A DNA stretch of 64,000 nucleotides, taken from NCBI GenBank assembly GCA_964498965.1, contig CAZCJU010000001.1, forward strand, positions 38,008-102,007. The letters are read 5' to 3'. Below are positions 1 through 7,842 of the stretch, in pieces. A model generated the notes under the pieces. It saw only the letters and a list, made by a program, of their open reading frames with translations, was not told the origin of the DNA and did no database searches. The first letter of the stretch is position 1, and each line of letters starts with the position of its first letter. A program made the translations under genes and the position numbers. The DNA comes from an uncultured Lachnospiraceae bacterium. Its GTDB lineage: Bacteria; Bacillota; Clostridia; Oscillospirales; CAG-272.

Positions 1-74
1 TAGTTTATCATTCGTCTGTTCGCACCGGATACCTCGTACAACGGTTCATTTACCTTTTTTTTGTTTTCAGCCAT
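1..74 (-). CDS. 5' end of an unidentified gene, partial (runs off window start)
   Basis: ATG at 74..72 with a purine-rich GAGGGAAAGGG upstream, 20 nt after the stop of the TadZ-like gene. The frame stays open to base 1 (MAENKKKVNEPLYEVSGANRRMIN...). Too short to identify. Confidence 0.3.
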   Translation of the reverse strand, partial: MAENKKKVNEPLYEVSGANRRMIN

Positions 75-94
75 GTTTTTTCACCCTTTCCCTC

Positions 95-1150
95 TTACAT
101 GAGCTGTCCGAACACATCGGACGTGGCAAGCTGTCTTGCCAACTGTGCCGAACCGACAGCCTGATACATCGGGAACGAGCCGAGCAAGCGTATGTCGTGT
201 TGACCTATGCCGCCGGCGGGTGACTTATTACAAAGCAGCCAAGCCTTCGGCAGTATTGCGAGTTCGGCTTTTTCGTCGATTATCTTAATACACGACAAAG
301 CTCTGTCCGTCTTGTCGCATGCCGCATCGGTGCCGTCCGTCACCAACACTATCGAGCTGCAATATCCGAAAAACTCGAATTCCGCCTGCGTTCTCGGAAA
401 TTCCGCGTCTATCACTACGTAATCGTAACAACCGAGCAATTTCAACTCGTTTTGAAGCGTTATGTAGTCCTTTGATCCCATTTCCATCATGTCAAGCGGC
501 ACTCTGACCGAAGAATAATAGTTTACTCCGCACGTATCGTGCTTGACCGTGCTTTGCAACTTCATCGTCCGGTTCGTCTTGTTACTCTTTACGGCATATA
601 TCACGTCGCTGAAATCGAATTGACCGTCACAGGAAAAATACATATCGGCATTTCCGTATATCTGTGCATTGAGGTACAGCACTCTCTGTCCGGCATTCGC
701 AAGAGCGATCGCCGATGCCGCCGCAACCGTCGATGTGCCGACGCCGCCGCACGGTGAGGTAAAAACGATCGTTTTCATCGCACCGTTCTCGATTGCCGCC
801 GCACCCGAAATATTCGGAATATGCTCGGAATATATGCTCAGTATCTGCTTGTATATAAGCTCGCCCTTTTGAAATTTACATATTGCCTTATGCTTGTCGA
901 CAAAGCTTATATCAAGGCTTTCCACCAAATACGCAAAACCGCACCTTTTGGGCAACATATTGGATTCTATTTTGAAATTGTCGCTTGCCAAGAACACGTC
1001 TATCTTTTTCTCTTCAAGGCAGGCACTCGCCGCATCGAGATCGGTAAACGAGTATATTTCCAGCTCGTCGGCGTATTTGTTATTAAACATCGGAACGACA
1101 CGGCGAAGATACGTAGTATCGCTTTCAAGTATCGCAAGCTTGATCTTCAT
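95..1150 (-). CDS. TadZ/CpaE-like protein: receiver-like N-domain fused to a MinD/ParA-type ATPase
   Basis: 351 aa. The N-terminus resembles a response-regulator receiver (KIKLAILESD...IDVFLASD). The central region carries a deviant Walker A (FTSPCGGVGTSTVAAASAIALA) typical of the MinD/ParA/CpaE family. AAGGAGGA RBS upstream. Lies next to a CpaF-type ATPase gene. Confidence 0.7.
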   Translation of the reverse strand: MKIKLAILESDTTYLRRVVPMFNNKYADELEIYSFTDLDAASACLEEKKIDVFLASDNFKIESNMLPKRCGFAYLVESLDISFVDKHKAICKFQKGELIYKQILSIYSEHIPNISGAAAIENGAMKTIVFTSPCGGVGTSTVAAASAIALANAGQRVLYLNAQIYGNADMYFSCDGQFDFSDVIYAVKSNKTNRTMKLQSTVKHDTCGVNYYSSVRVPLDMMEMGSKDYITLQNELKLLGCYDYVVIDAEFPRTQAEFEFFGYCSSIVLVTDGTDAACDKTDRALSCIKIIDEKAELAILPKAWLLCNKSPAGGIGQHDIRLLGSFPMYQAVGSAQLARQLATSDVFGQLM

Positions 1151-1344
1151 ATTTTATTCTGTCCTCCTTTTCACTGCGAAAGCATATGCTTTGCAACCGT
1201 ATTTTTGTAATTATATAATTAACGGCGGTTTAAATGCGGTATTTCGTCAAAATTCGCCCCTCCGATGTAAAAAACAGCTTAACGCACATTAGATACGCTT
1301 TGCCTCGCCCGCCGTACTTTATATGTTAGCCTGTGCGAATTCCT

Positions 1345-1460
1345 TCGTCTTATCCGCCATGCTACCGCATGTCCCCTCTGCCCCTAAAGGGAAAGGCTGT
1401 TTTGATTTTGCCTTTCCATTTTCGGGGAAGGTGTCGGCGAAGCCGACGGATAAGGGCATC
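1345..1460. repeat. REP-like GC-rich hairpin element (inverted pair)
   Basis: Contains cctttccattttcggggaagg followed by gtcggcgaagccgacggataagggc, with an inverted partial copy (cgtcttatccgcc...cccctaaagggaaaggc) just upstream. The same word family occurs at 8 or more other intergenic sites in the window. Confidence 0.7.
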
Positions 1461-1469
1461 GCTCCGTTA

Positions 1470-2702
1470 TCATATTACGGTTTGTATTCCCGACAATTTC
1501 AGTTTAAAATCGTTTTTAAGCTCGTTTTGGGTCCGAACAAGGCTCCCCGAAACCCTTTCGAGTGTGCTGTTTTTATCTTCTTTGAAAACGTACAGCGGAT
1601 TAAGTAAGATTTTTCCGTCCCGACATCCGACCACTTCCGTTATTTCAACGGTTCTTCTCGATTTATCACGCATTCTCGACAAATGGATTATCACATCTAT
1701 CGCCGAGCCTATCTGCTGGCGTATCGCTTCGAGCGGAAGTCCCGAAGCGCCCTGCAACACCATGGTTTCGAGTCGGCTCAACATATCTTCCGTCGAGTTT
1801 GCATGACCGGTCGAAAGAGAACCGTCGTGACCGGTATTCATCGCCTGAAGCATATCGAGTGCTTCCTCGCCTCTTACCTCTCCGACAACGATACGCTCGG
1901 GACGCATACGCAATGACGCTTTTATGAGTTCTCTTATCGTGACCCGCCCCGCACCCGATGCGTTCGCATTACGCGTTTCGAGGCTTACGAGATTATCTAT
2001 GCCCGTTATCTGAAGTTCCGCCGAGTCCTCTATCGTAATGACACGCTCGTCTTTCGGGATAAAATTGGACAATGCGTTGAGGAACGTCGTTTTACCGGAG
2101 CCTGTTCCGCCGCTGATGAATATATTGTATTTCGCTTTGACAAGCAATTCCAGCTTTTCGGCGATCTCCTCGGTTATCGATCCGTATTCGATAAGCTTTT
2201 CTATCGTCATGGGATTTTTGGAAAACTTTCTTATTGTAAGTATCGGGCCGCAAAGGGATATGGGAGGAAGCACGACATTCACACGGGAGCCGTCGGGCAG
2301 ACGTGTATCACATATCGGATTCGCACGATTGACCTCACGTCCCGCCATTCCGACTATACGTTGTATTATGTCTTCCAATTTTCTTTGGCTTTCGAACGCC
2401 GCATCCAGCTTTATAAGTCTTCCGTTTCTTTCTATAAACACGTTTTCCGGGCCGTTTATCATTATTTCCGTGACCGTTTCATCGCCGATTATCGTATCGA
2501 GCAAGCCGAAGCCCCTTATCGAGCTGTACACCTGCTGAACGAGATCCACTCTTGCCTGTACCGAATAATACTGTCCTCTTATATTCTCCTCTACGATGTC
2601 CTCGATCCCCGCCGTCAGCTCTTCGTCGCTAAGCTTACTCAGCTGCAGCTCCTCGGTGACTATTTTCTTTAATTTCGAAACTAAGTCCTTATCGAATTCC
2701 AC
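1470..2702 (-). CDS. cpaF: Tad/Flp-type secretion ATPase (CpaF/TadA family)
   Basis: Walker A GGTGSGKTTFLNAL. Also carries the type II/IV secretion NTPase signature VGEVRGEEALDMLQAMNTGHDGSLSTGHANS. The likely start is GTG at 2702, 8 nt after a GGAGGTG RBS; the maximal ORF starts at TTG 2726. Confidence 0.9.
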   Translation of the reverse strand: MEFDKDLVSKLKKIVTEELQLSKLSDEELTAGIEDIVEENIRGQYYSVQARVDLVQQVYSSIRGFGLLDTIIGDETVTEIMINGPENVFIERNGRLIKLDAAFESQRKLEDIIQRIVGMAGREVNRANPICDTRLPDGSRVNVVLPPISLCGPILTIRKFSKNPMTIEKLIEYGSITEEIAEKLELLVKAKYNIFISGGTGSGKTTFLNALSNFIPKDERVITIEDSAELQITGIDNLVSLETRNANASGAGRVTIRELIKASLRMRPERIVVGEVRGEEALDMLQAMNTGHDGSLSTGHANSTEDMLSRLETMVLQGASGLPLEAIRQQIGSAIDVIIHLSRMRDKSRRTVEITEVVGCRDGKILLNPLYVFKEDKNSTLERVSGSLVRTQNELKNDFKLKLSGIQTVI

Positions 2703-2718
2703 AGACGCTTCACCTCCG

Positions 2719-3486
2719 TTATTCAACCTGTATAACTATAAGCGTGGCATTATCTCCGCCGTTTTTCTTATCGACCTCGGCGAGTATTCGCTTAACAGCC
2801 TCGAAAGCGGTATTTTCCCTGAGTATCCCGTACATTTCTCCGATATTCAGTACGTCGGTAACTCCGTCCGAGCAAAGGACATACATATCTCCCGCACGGA
2901 TATCGCCCTTTGAGATATACGGCAATATGCTCATCTCGGTTTCGTCTATTCCGATATATTGAAGCAGAACGGGCTTTTTTCTTATTCCCATTGCCGTCAA
3001 TATCCGCTCGTCCGTATGATCCTCGGAAATACAGATCATTTTTTTGTCCCTTATTCTGAATATCCTGCTGTCACCGACATTGCAGGCGACCACTTCGTCC
3101 TGTAAAAACCAGACGGCGGCAACCGTCGTACCGACGGCGGACAATTGCTTGCTCTCACGCAGCAGATTCACCTCGTTATTTGCTCTTTCACAGGCGGAAA
3201 ACATAAATTCTCTGCCGGACATCGCCCACTCTTCGAGCTTTTTGTATTCCTCGCCGAACACCTTACTCGAAAGGCAGGATGCCTCCGCACCGCAGCATTC
3301 TCCTCCCATTCCGTCGAACACGGAAAACAGCACCGGCTCGTCCGTCGTACTGCTGCATTTAAGCGGATTTTTCAAACCCGTATTCGGGATCGGAAGTCGC
3401 TTTTTGTTAAAATAGAAATTGTCTTCGTTATTTCCCCGTCCGCAGCCGACAAACGAGCCGCAGGAGGCATTTAAGGTTAAGACCAT
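2719..3486 (-). CDS. PP2C-family Ser/Thr protein phosphatase
   Basis: 255 aa with PPM motifs: GRGNNEDNF, FSVFDGMGGECCGAEAS, NVGDSRIF, LCSDGVTDVL, GGDNATLIVI. Confidence 0.85.
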   Translation of the reverse strand: MVLTLNASCGSFVGCGRGNNEDNFYFNKKRLPIPNTGLKNPLKCSSTTDEPVLFSVFDGMGGECCGAEASCLSSKVFGEEYKKLEEWAMSGREFMFSACERANNEVNLLRESKQLSAVGTTVAAVWFLQDEVVACNVGDSRIFRIRDKKMICISEDHTDERILTAMGIRKKPVLLQYIGIDETEMSILPYISKGDIRAGDMYVLCSDGVTDVLNIGEMYGILRENTAFEAVKRILAEVDKKNGGDNATLIVIQVE

Positions 3487-3502
3487 AGCTTCAACACCGT
3501 TT

Positions 3503-3673
3503 TTAAATCTTCAATAAGGAATTTTCCCCGTCATTAAGCTCGGCAAGCAAATCCGGTATGGGATCGTATCCTCTGCCGAATGACGAACAAAACGCATCGT
3601 CCGAGAGGCGAGGCTTCTTGCCTAAGCTGCGGGTTTCATATATTTCGAGAATAAAATTTTTTAAAGATCGCAT
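3503..3673 (-). CDS. Possible 56-aa small protein between the kinase and the phosphatase
   Basis: Not in the ORF track (below 60 aa). ATG at 3673 lies 8 nt after the kinase stop, and TAA at 3505..3503 lies 16 nt before the PP2C ATG. Translation: MRSLKNFILEIYETRSLGKKPRLSDDAFCSSFGRGYDPIPDLLAELNDGENSLLKI. There is no clear SD, but it fills an otherwise empty 195-bp gap inside an operon. Confidence 0.25.
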   Translation of the reverse strand: MRSLKNFILEIYETRSLGKKPRLSDDAFCSSFGRGYDPIPDLLAELNDGENSLLKI

Positions 3674-3681
3674 TTTTCAAG

Positions 3682-5541
3682 TCAAAATCGTGCGAATATA
3701 TCGGAAGCGACAAGTATTATCGACGCTACCGCACCCGCTCCCGCCGTCACGCACGTTATTACGTACATTATCAGCTTTACGCCGTGCGGCTTCTCGCCGC
3801 TTCTGTAGCCGTATGCCCACACAAATGCGGTAAGAGCGGCTATATCGTAAAATACTTGCCACAATCCCGTTTCAAACGCTCCGTTTGCAAGGCAGTACAC
3901 GTTAAAAAGCCACTGCAGTGCGATCGCATAAACACACAGCACACCGCCGAGCCGCACTTCTCTTTGCGAGATTATGACTATGCCGCCGAAAAGCGTAAGC
4001 GCACCAGCCGCAAGCACGACTATGGCATCGAACGGTATTTCCGTTCTCACGCCGCCGTCAAGCATTGCCGTCGCACCCGTGACCAGCTTACCGAGCGAGA
4101 GAGCCGAAAGAGCCGTGCCGACCGCAAATTTGTTTCGGTCCGATGCCGCTATTGCGAATCCGACGGACAAAAGCGACACACAAACGGATATTTCCGTCGA
4201 GGTCATATCTCCGGTCACCGCAAGCACGACTCCGAGAACGCAAAGCACCGCCGCCATAAATACCGCCGCTATTCTGCATGCCTTGCTCGATTTCGAGGTA
4301 AGGTATGTATCGCTCTGTTTCGAATCGCTTATCGGCAATATCGTCCGCCGTCCGCCCGACGAGCGAACCTCGCCGACTTGATCCCCTTGTCCGTTCGGAT
4401 AAGTCGCACGGCTTCGAGCGTTCTGCGGCACATTCGCATAAGAAACCCGTCCCGCATTCGGGTACGGCGGGGAAGTCATACCGTCCTGTCCGAGGACCGT
4501 TGTGCCGCTGTCAAGCTCATCCACCACAAGACGTCCGTTTGCCGTCATATCGTTCGTCGTGCTTTGGAATATACTGACCGTATCGTTATAACACATTGCT
4601 TCCGATCCGATCTTTCCGTTATCGCCTGTTTGAACGAGTGTATTCCATTCCTCTATCAGTGCGTTCTTAAATTCCGAAGCCGAACGGTATCGCTGTGACG
4701 GTTCGAACGAGCAAGCTTTGACGATGACCTGCCCCAGAGAAGCATTTGCGTTGCACGGCAATTCGAGCGGCTTTCCCGAAAGCCTTTGTGTCAGTGCCTC
4801 CTCGTTGTCCTTATACGAGATCGGTTGCGGATATTTCGGTAAAAACGCCGTTCTGTTATTGTTCAAAAGGGTGTAAAGGACAAGACCGAGGGAATAAATA
4901 TCGACACTTGAGCCGTATTCCTCGCCCTTGTACACTTCCGGAGCCATATAATTCAGCGTACCCTTTCTCGAAAGGTTTGCGTGCGTCGCCTCAAGCTTTC
5001 GCGCTATGCCGAAATCGCCCAGCTTGTATTCTCCGAAGCGTGATATAAATATATTGTCCGGCTTGATATCTCTGTGAACGATATAATTCCGTTCGCATAT
5101 TTCAAGGGCGGAACATATGTCCAAGCCGAGCTTGATCACGTCTTTTTGGGAAAAGCTCGGATTCGATATAAAGCTGTCAAAAGGTGTCAAAAGCTCCATT
5201 CGGATAAATATATCCCACCCGAGTTCTCCCTCATGCTCGACTATCTTGTAATCTTCTATGCCGACTATGTTTTTCGCGCCCTTAAGATTATCCATAAGGG
5301 TTATTTCGTTAAGCAGATTGTCCACGATCCCTCTGAAATAATCGTACACTTCGCTGTCGCTCATGCCCTGCGTTTTGGCGTATTTGATCTCCTGTTGGCT
5401 TTTCGGAATCGTAATGACCTTGACGGCAGACCAAAACGTTCTGCCGTACTCAACTCTTTTAGCACGGTATACCTTGCCGAACGAGCCTTCGCCGAGGACG
5501 CATTCCTCGTTCCACTCCGGCCACACCTGATTTATATTCAT
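3682..5541 (-). CDS. Hanks-type Ser/Thr protein kinase with a polytopic C-terminal membrane domain
   Basis: Kinase motifs GEGSFGKVY, VAVK-like AVKVI, HRDIKPDNIF, DFG and GTLNYMAPE. The C-terminal ~200 aa contains about 6 hydrophobic segments. The preferred start is ATG 5541 (GAGGAAA RBS); the maximal ORF starts at 5574. Confidence 0.9.
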   Translation of the reverse strand: MNINQVWPEWNEECVLGEGSFGKVYRAKRVEYGRTFWSAVKVITIPKSQQEIKYAKTQGMSDSEVYDYFRGIVDNLLNEITLMDNLKGAKNIVGIEDYKIVEHEGELGWDIFIRMELLTPFDSFISNPSFSQKDVIKLGLDICSALEICERNYIVHRDIKPDNIFISRFGEYKLGDFGIARKLEATHANLSRKGTLNYMAPEVYKGEEYGSSVDIYSLGLVLYTLLNNNRTAFLPKYPQPISYKDNEEALTQRLSGKPLELPCNANASLGQVIVKACSFEPSQRYRSASEFKNALIEEWNTLVQTGDNGKIGSEAMCYNDTVSIFQSTTNDMTANGRLVVDELDSGTTVLGQDGMTSPPYPNAGRVSYANVPQNARSRATYPNGQGDQVGEVRSSGGRRTILPISDSKQSDTYLTSKSSKACRIAAVFMAAVLCVLGVVLAVTGDMTSTEISVCVSLLSVGFAIAASDRNKFAVGTALSALSLGKLVTGATAMLDGGVRTEIPFDAIVVLAAGALTLFGGIVIISQREVRLGGVLCVYAIALQWLFNVYCLANGAFETGLWQVFYDIAALTAFVWAYGYRSGEKPHGVKLIMYVITCVTAGAGAVASIILVASDIFARF

Positions 5542-5572
5542 AAATTTCCTCGTTTCTTTTGCCTGCATAGAC

Positions 5573-5630
5573 ATTTTAACCTAAAAAACGCCTGTTTTCA
5601 CGCAAATGTAATTTTCCGACCCGTAAATGT
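5573..5630 (-). promoter_or_regulatory. Candidate LytTR-regulator box plus promoter upstream of the kinase/PP2C/cpaF genes
   Basis: Minus strand reads ACATTTACG-GGTCGGAAAATT-ACATTTGCG: two 9-bp direct repeats (5630..5622 and 5609..5601) with a 12-bp spacer and 21-bp period. These are followed by a weak -35 (GTGAAA) and a -10 TAAAAT (5578..5573). The layout matches the known ComE/AgrA-type binding-site architecture, and a LytTR regulator gene lies immediately upstream. Confidence 0.45.
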
Positions 5631-5648
5631 AATTTTTCATCGATTTTT

Positions 5649-6953
5649 TTACTGTTCCTTCATTGACAGTACCGCCGTTGCCGTAAAAATTCCGTTTTGA
5701 GCGGAAACTATGAAGTCGCCTCTGTATTTTTTCGCTATTCCCGCAATGATGGGCATTCCGAGTCCGTGAGTTTGGCTTTTCGATTTCGTCGTTTCTATTC
5801 TGTCCGTGCTTTCTACGACCATGCCTATCTTGCACGAATTAAGGACACGCACCACCAAATACCCGTTTTTTTCGAATATTTCTATTATCATCTTCGGGTG
5901 CGACTGCTCACTGCAAACGCAGCCGCGTATGGCATTGTCGAGCAGATTGCCTATTACCGTGGACAGGTCGAAGTCCGATATCGGTATGTTATCCAGCCGC
6001 TCCTTTACTTTTATACGGGTTTCTATGTTCTTTGCCTCGGCTTCGCTCTTTTTGTTGGACAGCATAATATTAACGACCGGGTTATCGCAGTACATCATCT
6101 GATCCACCAAAGCATATCTTGCTTTCAGCTCGTTTATCAGCTCCAATCCCTTTTGATCCTGACCGTTGCCGAACAGCGAATACACCGTCTGAATGTGATT
6201 TGAAATATCGTGCTTGATCTCACGCAGTTTTTTTTCGTTCTCCACGCTCATTTCATAGTATTTGTATTCCATACTGCTTATTTCACGCCCGTAGTCCATG
6301 CCCGTGGACATGGTGACACGCCGCACAAGGTACGGTGCGACAGTACCCACGGAAAGGTTCGCTCCGATCATGCATACCGTTGCCGCAAGGGAAAGAGGAG
6401 AAAAATCGATTTCCTCCGCACCGCCCGCCGCCCTTCTCATCGCAAGCACCGCAGTTATCTCGGCGACACCCGTAACGGCAAGAGTTCCCAGCACCCACGG
6501 CTGTTCCACGCTTCTTCTCGGTCTTGTGAACTGAAAAATAACGGAGGTCGTGACCGAAAGCAGTATTAGGTATAATATATTACAATATATCGGATCGGTC
6601 GGTGTTTCCGCCGCCGAAAAAGTCACTTTACCGCTCAATGCCGCCGAATACAGGACGAATGCAAGTGCCGCCGAACCGAATGATGCGGCAAGCCTTATCA
6701 AAAGTACCCGTATTTTCTTTTTCGGCTTATCTTCGTACATTAAGAAAATAAATACGAACTCCGCTACGGTCGTTACGACGCAACGTATCAAAAACAGATC
6801 GCTTAAGGCGAGTATTATCGCCGCACATATCTCCCCCCAAAGCGTCAGCAGTAAAGGTCTGCCGTATTTCGCCTGCAGCATATTCGCCGTAAACGCACCC
6901 GATATCACCGCTTCAAGCACGAAAACAACGATCGAGTAAATATATTCGCTCAT
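5649..6953 (-). CDS. AgrC/ComD-like (HPK10-type) membrane sensor histidine kinase
   Basis: 434 aa. The N-terminal half has about 6 TM segments. H-box KHDISNHIQTVYSL and a GHKL ATPase C-terminus (GNLLDNAIR, THGLGMPII). Its start overlaps the stop of the LytTR regulator gene by 4 nt. Confidence 0.85.
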   Translation of the reverse strand: MSEYIYSIVVFVLEAVISGAFTANMLQAKYGRPLLLTLWGEICAAIILALSDLFLIRCVVTTVAEFVFIFLMYEDKPKKKIRVLLIRLAASFGSAALAFVLYSAALSGKVTFSAAETPTDPIYCNILYLILLSVTTSVIFQFTRPRRSVEQPWVLGTLAVTGVAEITAVLAMRRAAGGAEEIDFSPLSLAATVCMIGANLSVGTVAPYLVRRVTMSTGMDYGREISSMEYKYYEMSVENEKKLREIKHDISNHIQTVYSLFGNGQDQKGLELINELKARYALVDQMMYCDNPVVNIMLSNKKSEAEAKNIETRIKVKERLDNIPISDFDLSTVIGNLLDNAIRGCVCSEQSHPKMIIEIFEKNGYLVVRVLNSCKIGMVVESTDRIETTKSKSQTHGLGMPIIAGIAKKYRGDFIVSAQNGIFTATAVLSMKEQ

Positions 6954-7660
6954 TGTTCTTCACCGAGATATGATATAAATTTGATCTTCGCATCCTTTAA
7001 ATTCGGCTTACTTATCGGAAGAACGCTTCCGTCCGACAGATAAAACTCCTTGTTCGTCCTCTCGGTGATGTATTTCATGTTTATCAAAAAGCTCTTATGA
7101 CTTCGTATAAAAGTGCCTCCCAGCTGCTGCTGAATAACGTCCATTTTTTCGTAGATCTCGTTCTTTTTACCGTCTGCCATGTACAGTATGAGTTTTCGTC
7201 CTCGGCTTTCCAGATACATTATCTCCTTGCGGTACAATATCAGCTCCGAACCGTTCGTTTTTATGACTATAGCGTCGGCTCTGTCCGCCTCGATCTCGCA
7301 GCTTACCTTGGTTATTGCCGCACTCAAGCTGTTTTCGTTTATCGGTTTGAGAAGAAAATATGCCGGATTCGTTTCGAAAATAGTTGTCGCATAGCTGATA
7401 ACACCCGTCAGATAAATGACCTTGAGCTTCGGATAGTATTTCTGCAGACGCTTGACGGTTTCTATGCCGTTTCCGTCCTTCAGATTTATATCCATAATAA
7501 GAAGATCGGGAACATGTTCGTTAATCTCGATCATACCGATAAGCTCACCGCAACGGTTCATCGTGATGACCTTGTACTTGTCCCCGAAGTGCTTCATTAT
7601 GAAAAATTTCAGAAATTCCGTTATATTGATGTCATCGTCACATACAAAAATTTCGAGCAT
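6950..7660 (-). CDS. LytTR-family response regulator (AgrA/ComE-like)
   Basis: 236 aa. Receiver domain (MLEIFVCDDD...DLLIMDINLKDGNGIE) plus a C-terminal LytTR-type DNA-binding domain (FIRSHKSFLINMKYI). Confidence 0.9.
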   Translation of the reverse strand: MLEIFVCDDDINITEFLKFFIMKHFGDKYKVITMNRCGELIGMIEINEHVPDLLIMDINLKDGNGIETVKRLQKYYPKLKVIYLTGVISYATTIFETNPAYFLLKPINENSLSAAITKVSCEIEADRADAIVIKTNGSELILYRKEIMYLESRGRKLILYMADGKKNEIYEKMDVIQQQLGGTFIRSHKSFLINMKYITERTNKEFYLSDGSVLPISKPNLKDAKIKFISYLGEEQ

Positions 7661-7714
7661 GATCTTTTACTTCTTTCATTAATGCTGTGTCTGTGTGGTT
7701 TTTTTCGCATCGCC

Positions 7715-7800
7715 GACCTCCGCACTTCCCTCTTCGGGGTGAAGCATCGGCTGCAGCCCTTCCCGCAAAGCCTTCCCTTTTTGAGGGAAGGCTTTGGCTC
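7715..7800. repeat. REP-like GC-rich hairpin element
   Basis: Perfect hairpin aaagccttccc-tttttga-gggaaggcttt at 7767..7795, preceded by cttccctcttcggggtgaag. Lies between the giant surface-protein gene and the LytTR regulator gene. Confidence 0.7.
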
Positions 7801-7842
7801 AGAAGCGACGGGTGTAAAACACCCGAGAAGAGAATTTGTTGT

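Noticed and set aside
5649-7660. Complete agr-type quorum-sensing locus (agrBDCA)
   Set aside because: Only the AgrC-like kinase and AgrA-like regulator are present. I found no AgrB-like membrane protease or short AgrD-like precursor ORF in the adjacent intergenic regions, so it is reported only as an orphan LytTR two-component system.
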